From a virus (taxonomy: Duplodnaviria > Heunggongvirae > Uroviricota > Caudoviricetes), in the IMG/VR virus record IMGVR_UViG_3300010885_072628: a stretch of DNA of 10,909 nucleotides; one strand, given 5' to 3'. A model generated the notes under the pieces. It saw only the letters and a program-made list of their open reading frames with translations, was not told the DNA's origin and searched no databases. Positions 1-6,778 of the stretch are shown here, piece after piece; the stretch's first letter is position 1, and each line of letters opens with the position of its first letter. The position numbers and the translations under genes are program-made.

Positions 1-2
1 GA

Positions 3-194
3 TATGTTTTTGATATTGATTTTTTTAAAGAATTATCATATCCTCACCTAGATGGTGGAGGAGCGGTAGCTTTTAGATTAATCAATCAAGATAAAGAAAA
101 ATTTTTACATCTTTTTAATTCGCATAATGGATATTACGGTCACGGTTTTTCAATGAATGTTTCGAATAAAGAAATAAGAGAAGGAAATTTGTGA
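3..194 (+). CDS. 5'-truncated hypothetical phage protein (last 63 aa), not in the ORF track
   Basis: Frame 3 is open from the window edge: YVFDIDFFKELSYPHLDGGGAVAFRLINQDKEKFLHLFNSHNGYYGHGFSMNVSNKEIREGNL*. Its TGA (192-194) overlaps the GTG start of the next gene (GTGA). Confidence 0.75.
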   Translation, partial: YVFDIDFFKELSYPHLDGGGAVAFRLINQDKEKFLHLFNSHNGYYGHGFSMNVSNKEIREGNL

Positions 195-568
195 ACGCTT
201 TTGAAGCATTTATAAAAGCTGCTGAACTAAACAGTAGGGTCACAGCTTTAGAAGAAATTATCAAGACAGATCCTCAAATAGCTTTGAAATACGCTCTTTG
301 GGTAATTAGGGATAGATGGCCCGAAGGCGAAGATATAATATTGACTTGTGCCAAATCCAGTTATTTATATGCCAAAAACATAATTAAAAACAGATGGATC
401 GAAGCAGAAAACACTATTATGAAAGACACAGAAACATCTTGTCTTTACTCTATGAGTTTACTCAAAAGCAAACTACCAGAGACGATGCATAACATGATGT
501 TATTGCGTGCTATAGAAAATCCAAATGATAGCTACATTAAGCTATACTTTGACTATTTAGAAAAATAA
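191..568 (+). CDS. Hypothetical protein with 26-aa helical repeats (YA..vI..RWpEaE..I)
   Basis: GTG start with AAGGA SD upstream. Exact 26-residue periodicity: Y34/Y60/Y86, R16/R42/R68, W43/W69, E21/E47/E73, I24/I50/I76. Confidence 0.8.
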   Translation: MNAFEAFIKAAELNSRVTALEEIIKTDPQIALKYALWVIRDRWPEGEDIILTCAKSSYLYAKNIIKNRWIEAENTIMKDTETSCLYSMSLLKSKLPETMHNMMLLRAIENPNDSYIKLYFDYLEK

Positions 569-835
569 ATGAAATACGGAAATTGTCTTTTTGGTGCAAT
601 ATTTTTATTGTGGGTTTTAAGAAAACAAAATCCCACATGTATTCTCAGAGTTAGACCAGGAACTCTTACTCCACACTTCATGGTGAGAACAGACTCAGAA
701 CTTCATCATTATAAATTAGATAAAAACGTTTTGTGTTGGCCTTTTTGCTACATTATTTTCAAAGGCAGTTTTCAAAAATTAAAACCTGACCAAGAAATTT
801 TGTTTAAAAAAGGCATGGCAAGTCAAATTGGGTAG
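569..835 (+). CDS. Hypothetical protein (88 aa)
   Basis: ATG directly follows the previous TAA (TAAATG). N-terminal NCLFGAIFLLW and internal PHF/HHY motifs. Confidence 0.65.
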   Translation: MKYGNCLFGAIFLLWVLRKQNPTCILRVRPGTLTPHFMVRTDSELHHYKLDKNVLCWPFCYIIFKGSFQKLKPDQEILFKKGMASQIG

Positions 836-863
836 TCTGGGTAATTTTTAAATTTGGTCCGCC

Positions 864-880
864 AAAAAAATTGTACCCTA
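864..880 (+). promoter_or_regulatory. Conserved 17-bp element, copy 1 (AAAAAAATTGTACCCTA)
   Basis: Exact match to four other copies. Intergenic, 46 nt before the ATG at 927. The sequence is certain; the regulatory role is inferred. Confidence 0.7.
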
Positions 881-926
881 CCTTTACGTTGCGGCTAATT
901 TGTGCTATCCTCAGATCGGAGGAGAG

Positions 927-1169
927 ATGAACGATATTCGCAAGCAAGCAGAATTCGATAAAAAAAAGCAGGCACAGTTGCTTTGCGACATTACAGTAAA
1001 ATTGATCGCTGTTAAAGCTTCTATCAAAGACAAAGCTATTAGAAACAGCATCAGCGACATTGTTTTGATGATTAGCCTTTTTTGTGATACTGCTCCATTG
1101 AATCTTATCAACAACGATGTTGATACTGTGATGGAACATATGATTTCGTCTAATTTTACCGATGATTAG
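927..1169 (+). CDS. Hypothetical protein (80 aa, helical)
   Basis: Start moved from 900 to the in-frame ATG at 927, which follows a GGAGG SD (918-922). Confidence 0.7.
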   Translation: MNDIRKQAEFDKKKQAQLLCDITVKLIAVKASIKDKAIRNSISDIVLMISLFCDTAPLNLINNDVDTVMEHMISSNFTDD

Positions 1170-1194
1170 TTCTAACTTTTAGGAGAAGAAAATC

Positions 1195-1596
1195 ATGTCC
1201 AAGAGAATGCAAGAAAAAGTCAATATTCCAACTCATACTGTGATTAAATATCTGCGTGTAGGAGGAAATGGAGCTAATAAGCGAAAACCTCTGGGCGTTC
1301 TTGTCGCAGTAAAACTTCCAAATGGAGAGATTAGCGTTAATTATTCCTACTGTAATAGGAAAGATAGATTTGTTAAGAAGACGGCTCTTAATCTCGCCAT
1401 CGAAAGAGCTAAAGCAGAGGAAGTTTGCGACACCACTCCTTACAAGGTTGTGAAAGAGATCGAATCTTTCAGCAAGCGTATCGAGCGATATTATAAGAAG
1501 TCTGCAAAGCCTCCATATCTGCGTGTAAAGCCGTCAACTGTAGAAGATGGTCCGCAGAAAGAACCAGTCTTTGGACTTAATATAGATTTGATTTGA
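1195..1596 (+). CDS. Hypothetical phage protein (133 aa)
   Basis: AGGAG SD upstream. Contains YSYCNRKDRFVKKTALNLAIERA, resembling a C..kD.F.Kk.g..iA..RA motif I associate with uncharacterised phage proteins (unverified). Confidence 0.8.
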   Translation: MSKRMQEKVNIPTHTVIKYLRVGGNGANKRKPLGVLVAVKLPNGEISVNYSYCNRKDRFVKKTALNLAIERAKAEEVCDTTPYKVVKEIESFSKRIERYYKKSAKPPYLRVKPSTVEDGPQKEPVFGLNIDLI

Positions 1597-1632
1597 ACGA
1601 TTTGTCAAAAACAAAAAAGAAGGTATTGAAAA

Positions 1633-1827
1633 GTGAAAGTAAACGAAAGTTTTGAAGACTTTCCTTTATGGAAACTCAAACTCTCTGATTTAGAAGTTAA
1701 AGAGATAATCTGTAAACATCTACTGAAAGAGAATTACGAAGTTTCATCATCAGATATCAACATCTTTCCAATGACTAATTCGAAATATGAATTTGTAGTT
1801 CGACAGGCTAAAAAAATTGTACCCTAG
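1633..1827 (+). CDS. Hypothetical protein (64 aa)
   Basis: GTG start with AAGGT upstream. Fills the gap between two genes. Its last codons and TAG overlap element copy 2. Confidence 0.55.
   Translation: MKVNESFEDFPLWKLKLSDLEVKEIICKHLLKENYEVSSSDINIFPMTNSKYEFVVRQAKKIVP
1810..1826 (+). promoter_or_regulatory. Conserved 17-bp element, copy 2
   Basis: Exact match. Immediately followed by GAGG (SD), with the methyltransferase ATG 12 nt downstream. Confidence 0.7.
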
Positions 1828-1838
1828 AGGTTTGACTG

Positions 1839-2582
1839 ATGTCTACGAAGTATTTTATTTTAACAAAGCCTAAAAGTAGTGAAAAATCTGTTGCAGATGA
1901 TAGCGAAAATCAGATAATTAATCTAAACGATAGTAAGTTGAGTTATATTTTACCAGAAAATCTAATCACTTATTATTGTAAGAGAGGTCTTTTTGAATCT
2001 AATGTAATCGAGTGGTGCAAGAAATTTTGTAGCAAAGATAAGACCTTTGTAGATATTGGAGCACACACAGGAACATATACTCTATCACTAAGTGAGAAAA
2101 GTAAAAGCGTTGTTAGCTTTGAACCTCAGCAAATGACTTATTATGCTCTTTGCGGAAGTGTAGCTTTATCTAATTTGAAAAATGTAAAATGTTTTAATTT
2201 TGGCTTAGGTTCAGAAGAACAAGTCGGAATTAACGTTTTGAAGATCGTTAGCAATGATGGAGGCGGTTCTTCTCTTCACGAACAAGATGGAATGCCTGTT
2301 TTAAGAGAAGAAAAAATAAGAATCGAGACTCTTGATAGCCTTGGATTGAGTGACGTAGGCTTTATAAAGATGGATGTGGAAGATAATGAGTATTTTGTTT
2401 TGTTAGGAGCTAAAAAAACATTACAAAACAATTTTTTCCCTCCTATATTGTTCGAATGCAATAATGTCGAAAAAAATGCAAAACTATTTGATTACTTAAA
2501 AGAGTTGGCGTACAACGTGATTCAACTTGAGGCAGCAGATAACGGAGCAGCAAGCAATATGTATTTGGCAAAGCGAGGTTAA
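1839..2582 (+). CDS. FkbM-family SAM-dependent methyltransferase
   Basis: Motif I FVDIGAHTG, VVSFEP, and FIKMDVEDNEYFVLLGA (IKxDVEG-type) plus ILFE are the hallmarks of the FkbM/Methyltransf_21 family. Confidence 0.9.
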   Translation: MSTKYFILTKPKSSEKSVADDSENQIINLNDSKLSYILPENLITYYCKRGLFESNVIEWCKKFCSKDKTFVDIGAHTGTYTLSLSEKSKSVVSFEPQQMTYYALCGSVALSNLKNVKCFNFGLGSEEQVGINVLKIVSNDGGGSSLHEQDGMPVLREEKIRIETLDSLGLSDVGFIKMDVEDNEYFVLLGAKKTLQNNFFPPILFECNNVEKNAKLFDYLKELAYNVIQLEAADNGAASNMYLAKRG

Positions 2583-2604
2583 ACCTCAGACTAAAAAGTA
2601 TTTC

Positions 2605-2686
2605 GGTGGATTATTCAAGTGGTTAAAGAAGGCTGATTGTAAATCAGTCGCCCAAGGCTTCGTTGGTTCAAATCCAACATCCACCA
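2605..2686 (+). tRNA. trnY: tRNA-Tyr(GUA), bacterial type II, no encoded CCA
   Basis: Acceptor GGTGGAT/ATCCACC with discriminator A. Anticodon stem GCTGA/TCAGT, loop TT-GTA-AA (2639-2641). Long variable arm (GCC-CAA-GGC). T arm GTTGG-TTCAAAT-CCAAC. Confidence 0.95.
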
Positions 2687-2688
2687 AT

Positions 2689-2761
2689 GTGGCTATAGCT
2701 CAATTGGCAGAGCGGCAGATTGTGATTCTGTAGGTTGTGGGTTCAAGTCCCACTAGTCACC
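2689..2761 (+). tRNA. trnH: tRNA-His(GUG), no encoded G-1 or CCA
   Basis: Acceptor GTGGCTA/TAGTCAC with discriminator C. D stem GCTC/GAGC. Anticodon stem GCAGA/TCTGT, loop TT-GTG-AT (2722-2724). T arm GTGGG-TTCAAGT-CCCAC. Confidence 0.95.
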
Positions 2762-2783
2762 TAGAGGCGGGACGGGACGGGCT

Positions 2784-2800
2784 AAAAAAATTGTACCCTA
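2784..2800 (+). promoter_or_regulatory. Conserved 17-bp element, copy 3
   Basis: Exact match. Lies 22 nt after tRNA-His and 40 nt before the peptidase-vWA ATG. Followed by a GGTGC-GACAG-GCACC hairpin (2805-2819) and an AAGGAG SD. Confidence 0.7.
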
Positions 2801-2840
2801 GAATGGTGCGACAGGCACCTAGTAAAACAAGGAGAAGATA

Positions 2841-4295
2841 ATGGCTAAGACTAAAAAGAACACTAACGCTACTACAGCAGATGAATACCTGAATCGTGCA
2901 GGAGAGCTTCTCGGAGCTACTCCTGCTGGCACAGATTCAGATGGCAACTTGATTTTTGATAAGAAGCTAACTCAAGAAGAAGAAGAAGAAATCAAGAAGG
3001 TTTTCGAGGAAACTCTTAATTCTCTTGGAGTTACTTCGGAAGAACACAAATTGTTTAAGTCTGATATCGAAATGATTTGCTACAAGTATAGTCTTGAGTT
3101 TCCTTTCTGGGGAGTTCTCAGTGAGCGTTGCTCCTATAGTTTGACCAAGTTTCTTGTGCCAACTGCCGGAATTACCAAGGACGGAAACATTATTTTTAAT
3201 GTGGACTTCCTCCAGAGTCTTCGTGACAAGTATGGAAAGGTCTATCATAAAAAGTTGCTGTTTCTTGTTGCCCATGAAATTGCTCATTTTGCATTCGAAC
3301 ATGCAGAGCGTCAGGGCGAAAGAGATCAGATGCTCTTTAATGTCGCAGCAGATTTTGCAATCAATCTTCTGCTTCACTATCAGTTTTCGGGAAGTGCTGA
3401 TTACTGCATCGAAGGAGCATGCCTTGATACTAAGTATCATGATATGAGTGCAGAGCAAATCTATGAACTCATCAAAGATATGAAGAAGAAGAAGAAGCGC
3501 GATGGCGATGGCGATGGCGATGAAAATGGTGGAATCGGTGGTGACATGAAAGACATCTCGCCAGACGATCTGAAGAATAATTCCACATGTATTAGAGATC
3601 GTCGCATTCCTCTTCCAGATTTGCGTGGAAAAACTCCACAAGAAGCTCGTAAGATTTTGTCTGAATGGATCAACTCAGGTGCTCAAGAGGCTTTTGCTGT
3701 TGCTAAAGCACAAGGCAAGTTGCCTAATGATTTTGAACGGGCTATTAGCAAGCTGTTGCGTCCTCAAGTTGATTGGTTTAGAGCTTTTAAGCAAAAGATG
3801 AAGTTTGGAATTAGTCGAACAGAAAAGAGAGATACATGTTGGACACATCCAAATCGAAGATTTCTCGGTGCAGACTTTATTTTTCCAAGTAATATCGGCC
3901 CAGATTCACCTAAGATCGTTTATGCTATTGACACTTCTGGTTCAATGAGCGAAAATGACCTTTCACAGGCAATAAGCGAACTTGAGGATATTCGCAAGAA
4001 GTTTAATGCTAAGGTGTATTTTATGGATTGTGATGCTCAGGTTCATGGAAGTAGATGGATTCTTCCACATGAACCACTTCCTAAACTTGCTGGTGGTGGT
4101 GGAACTGATTTTATTCCTGTGTTTAATCATTTGATCGAAAAGCGTATTCGTCCTGACTATTGCTGTTTCTTTACAGATGGAGAAGGTAGCTTTCCTGATA
4201 CTAAGCCCCCTTTTGAAACTCTGTGGGTTATGACAGGAGATGTTAAGCCTCCATTTGGAGAAGTCATTAGAGTTAATGTTCCTTACGAGGGTTGA
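2841..4295 (+). CDS. Putative HExxH metallopeptidase + vWA (MIDAS) domain protein, DUF2201-like
   Basis: VAHEIAHFAFEH (HExxH) and FNVAADFAIN in the N-terminal half. The C-terminal vWA has MIDAS DTSGS, GGGTDF and FFTDG. A charged low-complexity linker lies between them. Confidence 0.9.
   Translation: MAKTKKNTNATTADEYLNRAGELLGATPAGTDSDGNLIFDKKLTQEEEEEIKKVFEETLNSLGVTSEEHKLFKSDIEMICYKYSLEFPFWGVLSERCSYSLTKFLVPTAGITKDGNIIFNVDFLQSLRDKYGKVYHKKLLFLVAHEIAHFAFEHAERQGERDQMLFNVAADFAINLLLHYQFSGSADYCIEGACLDTKYHDMSAEQIYELIKDMKKKKKRDGDGDGDENGGIGGDMKDISPDDLKNNSTCIRDRRIPLPDLRGKTPQEARKILSEWINSGAQEAFAVAKAQGKLPNDFERAISKLLRPQVDWFRAFKQKMKFGISRTEKRDTCWTHPNRRFLGADFIFPSNIGPDSPKIVYAIDTSGSMSENDLSQAISELEDIRKKFNAKVYFMDCDAQVHGSRWILPHEPLPKLAGGGGTDFIPVFNHLIEKRIRPDYCCFFTDGEGSFPDTKPPFETLWVMTGDVKPPFGEVIRVNVPYEG
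3483..3521 (+). repeat. In-frame microsatellites (AAG)5 and (GATGGC)3 encoding KKKKK-R-DGDGDGD
   Basis: Read directly. Lies in the linker between the peptidase and vWA domains. Confidence 0.85.
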
Positions 4296-4296
4296 A

Positions 4297-4590
4297 ATGG
4301 CTAAGAATAAAAAGAAGAAGCTAGAATCTAATCTCAACATAGATTCTACCTCTAAAACACAGTTAGAGCTTCTAAAGAAAAGATATGGCGATAGTTTGAA
4401 TGATGTAGATGTCACTTTGCCAATGACATATAATGAAGTTTTAAACTACTTCGGCAAACAGTGCGAAGAATTTAATCCTCAGTGCGGTTGCTGCCGCGCA
4501 TGGGTTCAATGGAACACCACAGGCCAAAAGGTTACTATTTCTTTAGATAGAGATGTAGTTTTAAAAGTTCTTAAAGAAGAAGGATATTAA
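4297..4590 (+). CDS. Hypothetical protein (97 aa) with Cys cluster
   Basis: Start moved from 4240 to the ATG at 4297, 1 nt after the upstream TGA, with a GAGG SD at 4287-4290. Contains CEEFNPQCGCCRAW. Confidence 0.75.
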   Translation: MAKNKKKKLESNLNIDSTSKTQLELLKKRYGDSLNDVDVTLPMTYNEVLNYFGKQCEEFNPQCGCCRAWVQWNTTGQKVTISLDRDVVLKVLKEEGY

Positions 4591-4592
4591 TA

Positions 4593-4769
4593 ATGAATCG
4601 TAAAGTTTTCTTGTTCGTAGTTTTTGCCATGCTTATTAGCGGAACTGTTTTGGCATCTAATAAAGTGTATAAATATCGTTGTCCGAAGTGTAAATTGGTT
4701 CAAGAATATGAAATTCAAGGAACAAAAAAGTGTCCTAACGATGGACGCATAATGATTAGGACTAATTGA
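4593..4769 (+). CDS. 58-aa putative exported zinc-ribbon/metal-binding miniprotein (not in the ORF track)
   Basis: MNRKVFLFVVFAMLISGTVLASNKVYKYRCPKCKLVQEYEIQGTKKCPNDGRIMIRTN*. Signal-peptide-like N-terminus, then CPKC...CPND. Fills the gap with 2-nt spacing to both neighbours. Confidence 0.8.
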   Translation: MNRKVFLFVVFAMLISGTVLASNKVYKYRCPKCKLVQEYEIQGTKKCPNDGRIMIRTN

Positions 4770-4771
4770 CT

Positions 4772-5176
4772 ATGAGTAAAACTATTACGTTGAGTGATTT
4801 GTACGAAAAAGCACTTTCTTCTGGATCTCGTCTTGAAGAAAAAGAAGAAAGAAAGATGTTGAAAGATGCCAAGTATGCGTATCTTTATGCGAAATATGTT
4901 CGTGGCGAGATTGCTAAGATGCCTAATAATGGGGCATGGGATTCTGAAGATTTAGATGTGTTCTTTGAAGATCATCCTAAATGGGCATTTCTCTATAGCG
5001 TTTTTGTAGAAAAAAATCAAAAGATTGTGAGATTTATGCTTGCAAACGCTATCAGTTCGAAATGCGTTGATAATGATGGCGGAGGTATTTTCCCAAATAA
5101 TATTGATTGGCCTAAAAGATTTTTCGATGAAGAAACAGGAGTGGATAAAATTAGGCAAGAGTTGGCCGGCCACTAA
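4772..5176 (+). CDS. Hypothetical protein (134 aa) with YLYA-type helical repeats
   Basis: Start moved from the TTG at 4766 to the ATG at 4772. DAKYAYLYAKYV and HPKWAFLYSVFV resemble the repeats of 191-568. Confidence 0.75.
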   Translation: MSKTITLSDLYEKALSSGSRLEEKEERKMLKDAKYAYLYAKYVRGEIAKMPNNGAWDSEDLDVFFEDHPKWAFLYSVFVEKNQKIVRFMLANAISSKCVDNDGGGIFPNNIDWPKRFFDEETGVDKIRQELAGH

Positions 5177-5195
5177 TTTTAAAATAGCGGCAGCT

Positions 5196-5212
5196 AAAAA
5201 AATTGTACCCTA
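5196..5212 (+). promoter_or_regulatory. Conserved 17-bp element, copy 4
   Basis: Exact match. Lies 19 nt after the upstream stop and 70 nt before the AAA+ ATPase ATG. Confidence 0.7.
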
Positions 5213-5282
5213 TAAGGGTGTCCCCAAGAGCGAGAACGAGTTTTTAACCTTAATTTTTTAGTTTGAAACAAAGGAGTTTTTA

Positions 5283-6371
5283 ATGTCTGAGAAGTTGCTT
5301 TCTACTGGTAATCTAATTACTGGCTCTCTTGCTAGTGAAATTCGTCGTTGCCGATCTGTTCAGACCAACAAGGGTCAGGGTCTGCCCATGATGATCTTTG
5401 GTAGTCCCGGCGTAGGCAAGAGCGAACAGGTTGTTCAAGCTCTTGATAAAGACAATGGTGATTTGCTGATCGATCTTCGACTCAACACCTTGGATAGTAT
5501 CGATATGCGAGGACTTCCTGTTATCAAGAAGGATAGCAATGGAAATCCTACACAGGTTGAATGGGTTCGACCAGAACATATTCCTGCTAATGGTCGTGGT
5601 ATCTTGTTTCTTGATGAAATCAATACCGCTCCACCTAGTGTTCAGAATCCTGCACTACAGTTGGTGTTGGATCGTAGAGTTGGCCCACATGAGTTGGGGA
5701 AGGATTGGTATATCGTTGCTGCTGGCAACAAGGCTGATGATCGGGCGCATATCCACCCTATCAGTTCCGCCCTTCGTCAGCGGTTTGCAATTTATCATTA
5801 CGAGCCGGACAAGGATACTTGGAGCAACTGGGCTGTGAGGAGTGGTGTTCATCCGAATGTTATCGGATTCATCAGCTTCAAGCCTGACAATCTGATTCAG
5901 GCTCCTATCGATGATGAGAGTGCTAATCCTTCTCCTCGTAGCTGGTACTATGTCTCTCAGAGGCTTCATGCCGATCAGTCGGAGCTTAGAGACATCTGTG
6001 CTGTTGTCGGAGCGGGCGCGGCAAGAGAGTTTATGGCTTACCAAAAGGTTTGCTCAAAGATTCCCGATATTGCCAAGCTGGTTGGTGGTAGGGAGACATT
6101 TACTGAGGATCGAAGTAATGTCACCATGAGCTATGCGGTTTCTAGTGCTCTCGGTGTTCATCTGTTGCGATCAAAGCACGTTGTTTCAGATGTGAACAAC
6201 TGCTTCAAGCATGCTATCAACAATATGGCTGGTGAGCCTAGCATGGTGTTCATCAGGTATTGTCTGCTGCAAGGCGATGAGAAGCTTAGGGCTACCATCG
6301 TTAGCTGCGAAGAGGGTAAGAAGTGGTTTGATAAGCACGGAGAACACCTCCAGAAGGCTATCAGCATGTGA
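5283..6371 (+). CDS. MoxR-like AAA+ ATPase (AAA_5 family), type commonly paired with DUF2201 peptidase-vWA proteins
   Basis: Walker A GSPGVGKS, Walker B ILFLDEIN, sensor-I AAGN, Arg finger SALRQRF, sensor-II-like SPRSW. AAGGAG SD. Confidence 0.92.
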   Translation: MSEKLLSTGNLITGSLASEIRRCRSVQTNKGQGLPMMIFGSPGVGKSEQVVQALDKDNGDLLIDLRLNTLDSIDMRGLPVIKKDSNGNPTQVEWVRPEHIPANGRGILFLDEINTAPPSVQNPALQLVLDRRVGPHELGKDWYIVAAGNKADDRAHIHPISSALRQRFAIYHYEPDKDTWSNWAVRSGVHPNVIGFISFKPDNLIQAPIDDESANPSPRSWYYVSQRLHADQSELRDICAVVGAGAAREFMAYQKVCSKIPDIAKLVGGRETFTEDRSNVTMSYAVSSALGVHLLRSKHVVSDVNNCFKHAINNMAGEPSMVFIRYCLLQGDEKLRATIVSCEEGKKWFDKHGEHLQKAISM

Positions 6372-6376
6372 TTTAG

Positions 6377-6422
6377 ACTGCTAACCCTCTATCAATAGGG
6401 ATGGAGGGTTAGCAGTTGTTTT
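6377..6422 (+). terminator. Putative rho-independent terminator
   Basis: 17-bp stem: 13 perfect bp ACTGCTAACCCTC/GAGGGTTAGCAGT plus 4 inner pairs including one G-U. 6-nt loop, TGTTTT tail, directly after the ATPase stop. Confidence 0.75.
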
Positions 6423-6444
6423 CATACAAACAAAAGGCAAACAA

Positions 6445-6771
6445 ATGATCTGGTACTTCTTATCGTTGGTCGGACAATTAACCATATTGGTATCTTTAAT
6501 TATTTTTTTCTCGATTGTTTCTTTTTGGGTTATAGGCAGCATGCTTGGGTTTTTTAACCTTCCGCACTACAGCAGCGATCTCTCATTTCCAGATCCTGAC
6601 GATATAGACGATGATCGGGCTATTATGATTCGGGAGGAAGCATGGGAGGATTTCCGATCTCAAAAACCTGTAGCTTATGCTAGAATCAATGAACGTGGCG
6701 ATTTGTATGATCTACGCAAGCAAAATAATCCTTATGTAGATCAAAAAACTGTTGTTCCGCTGTACCGCTAA
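6445..6771 (+). CDS. Hypothetical membrane-anchored protein (108 aa)
   Basis: Hydrophobic first ~37 aa, acidic linker, C-terminal KPVAY...VVPLYR. Confidence 0.65.
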   Translation: MIWYFLSLVGQLTILVSLIIFFSIVSFWVIGSMLGFFNLPHYSSDLSFPDPDDIDDDRAIMIREEAWEDFRSQKPVAYARINERGDLYDLRKQNNPYVDQKTVVPLYR

Positions 6772-6778
6772 AACCCGC

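Noticed and set aside
1602-1629. TTGTCA-16 bp-TATTGA possible sigma70 promoter
   Set aside because: The -10 match is poor and it leaves almost no leader before the GTG at 1633.
833-1827. TAG stop-codon reassignment (three ORFs end in TAG with a nearby in-frame TAA/TGA)
   Set aside because: The five long genes have no internal TAG or TGA, and coding density is already high under the standard code.
2527-2733. 68-aa ORF in the track
   Set aside because: It overlaps the methyltransferase end and both tRNA genes, so it is spurious.
2766-2781. GGCGGGACGGGACGGG as a G-quadruplex
   Set aside because: Only three GGG tracts plus one GG, so at best two-tier. It is more simply the GC-rich block that precedes every element copy.
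6761-6770. TGTACCGCTA resembling the core at a gene end
   Set aside because: It lacks the adjacent A-tract and is explained by the coded PLYR* residues.
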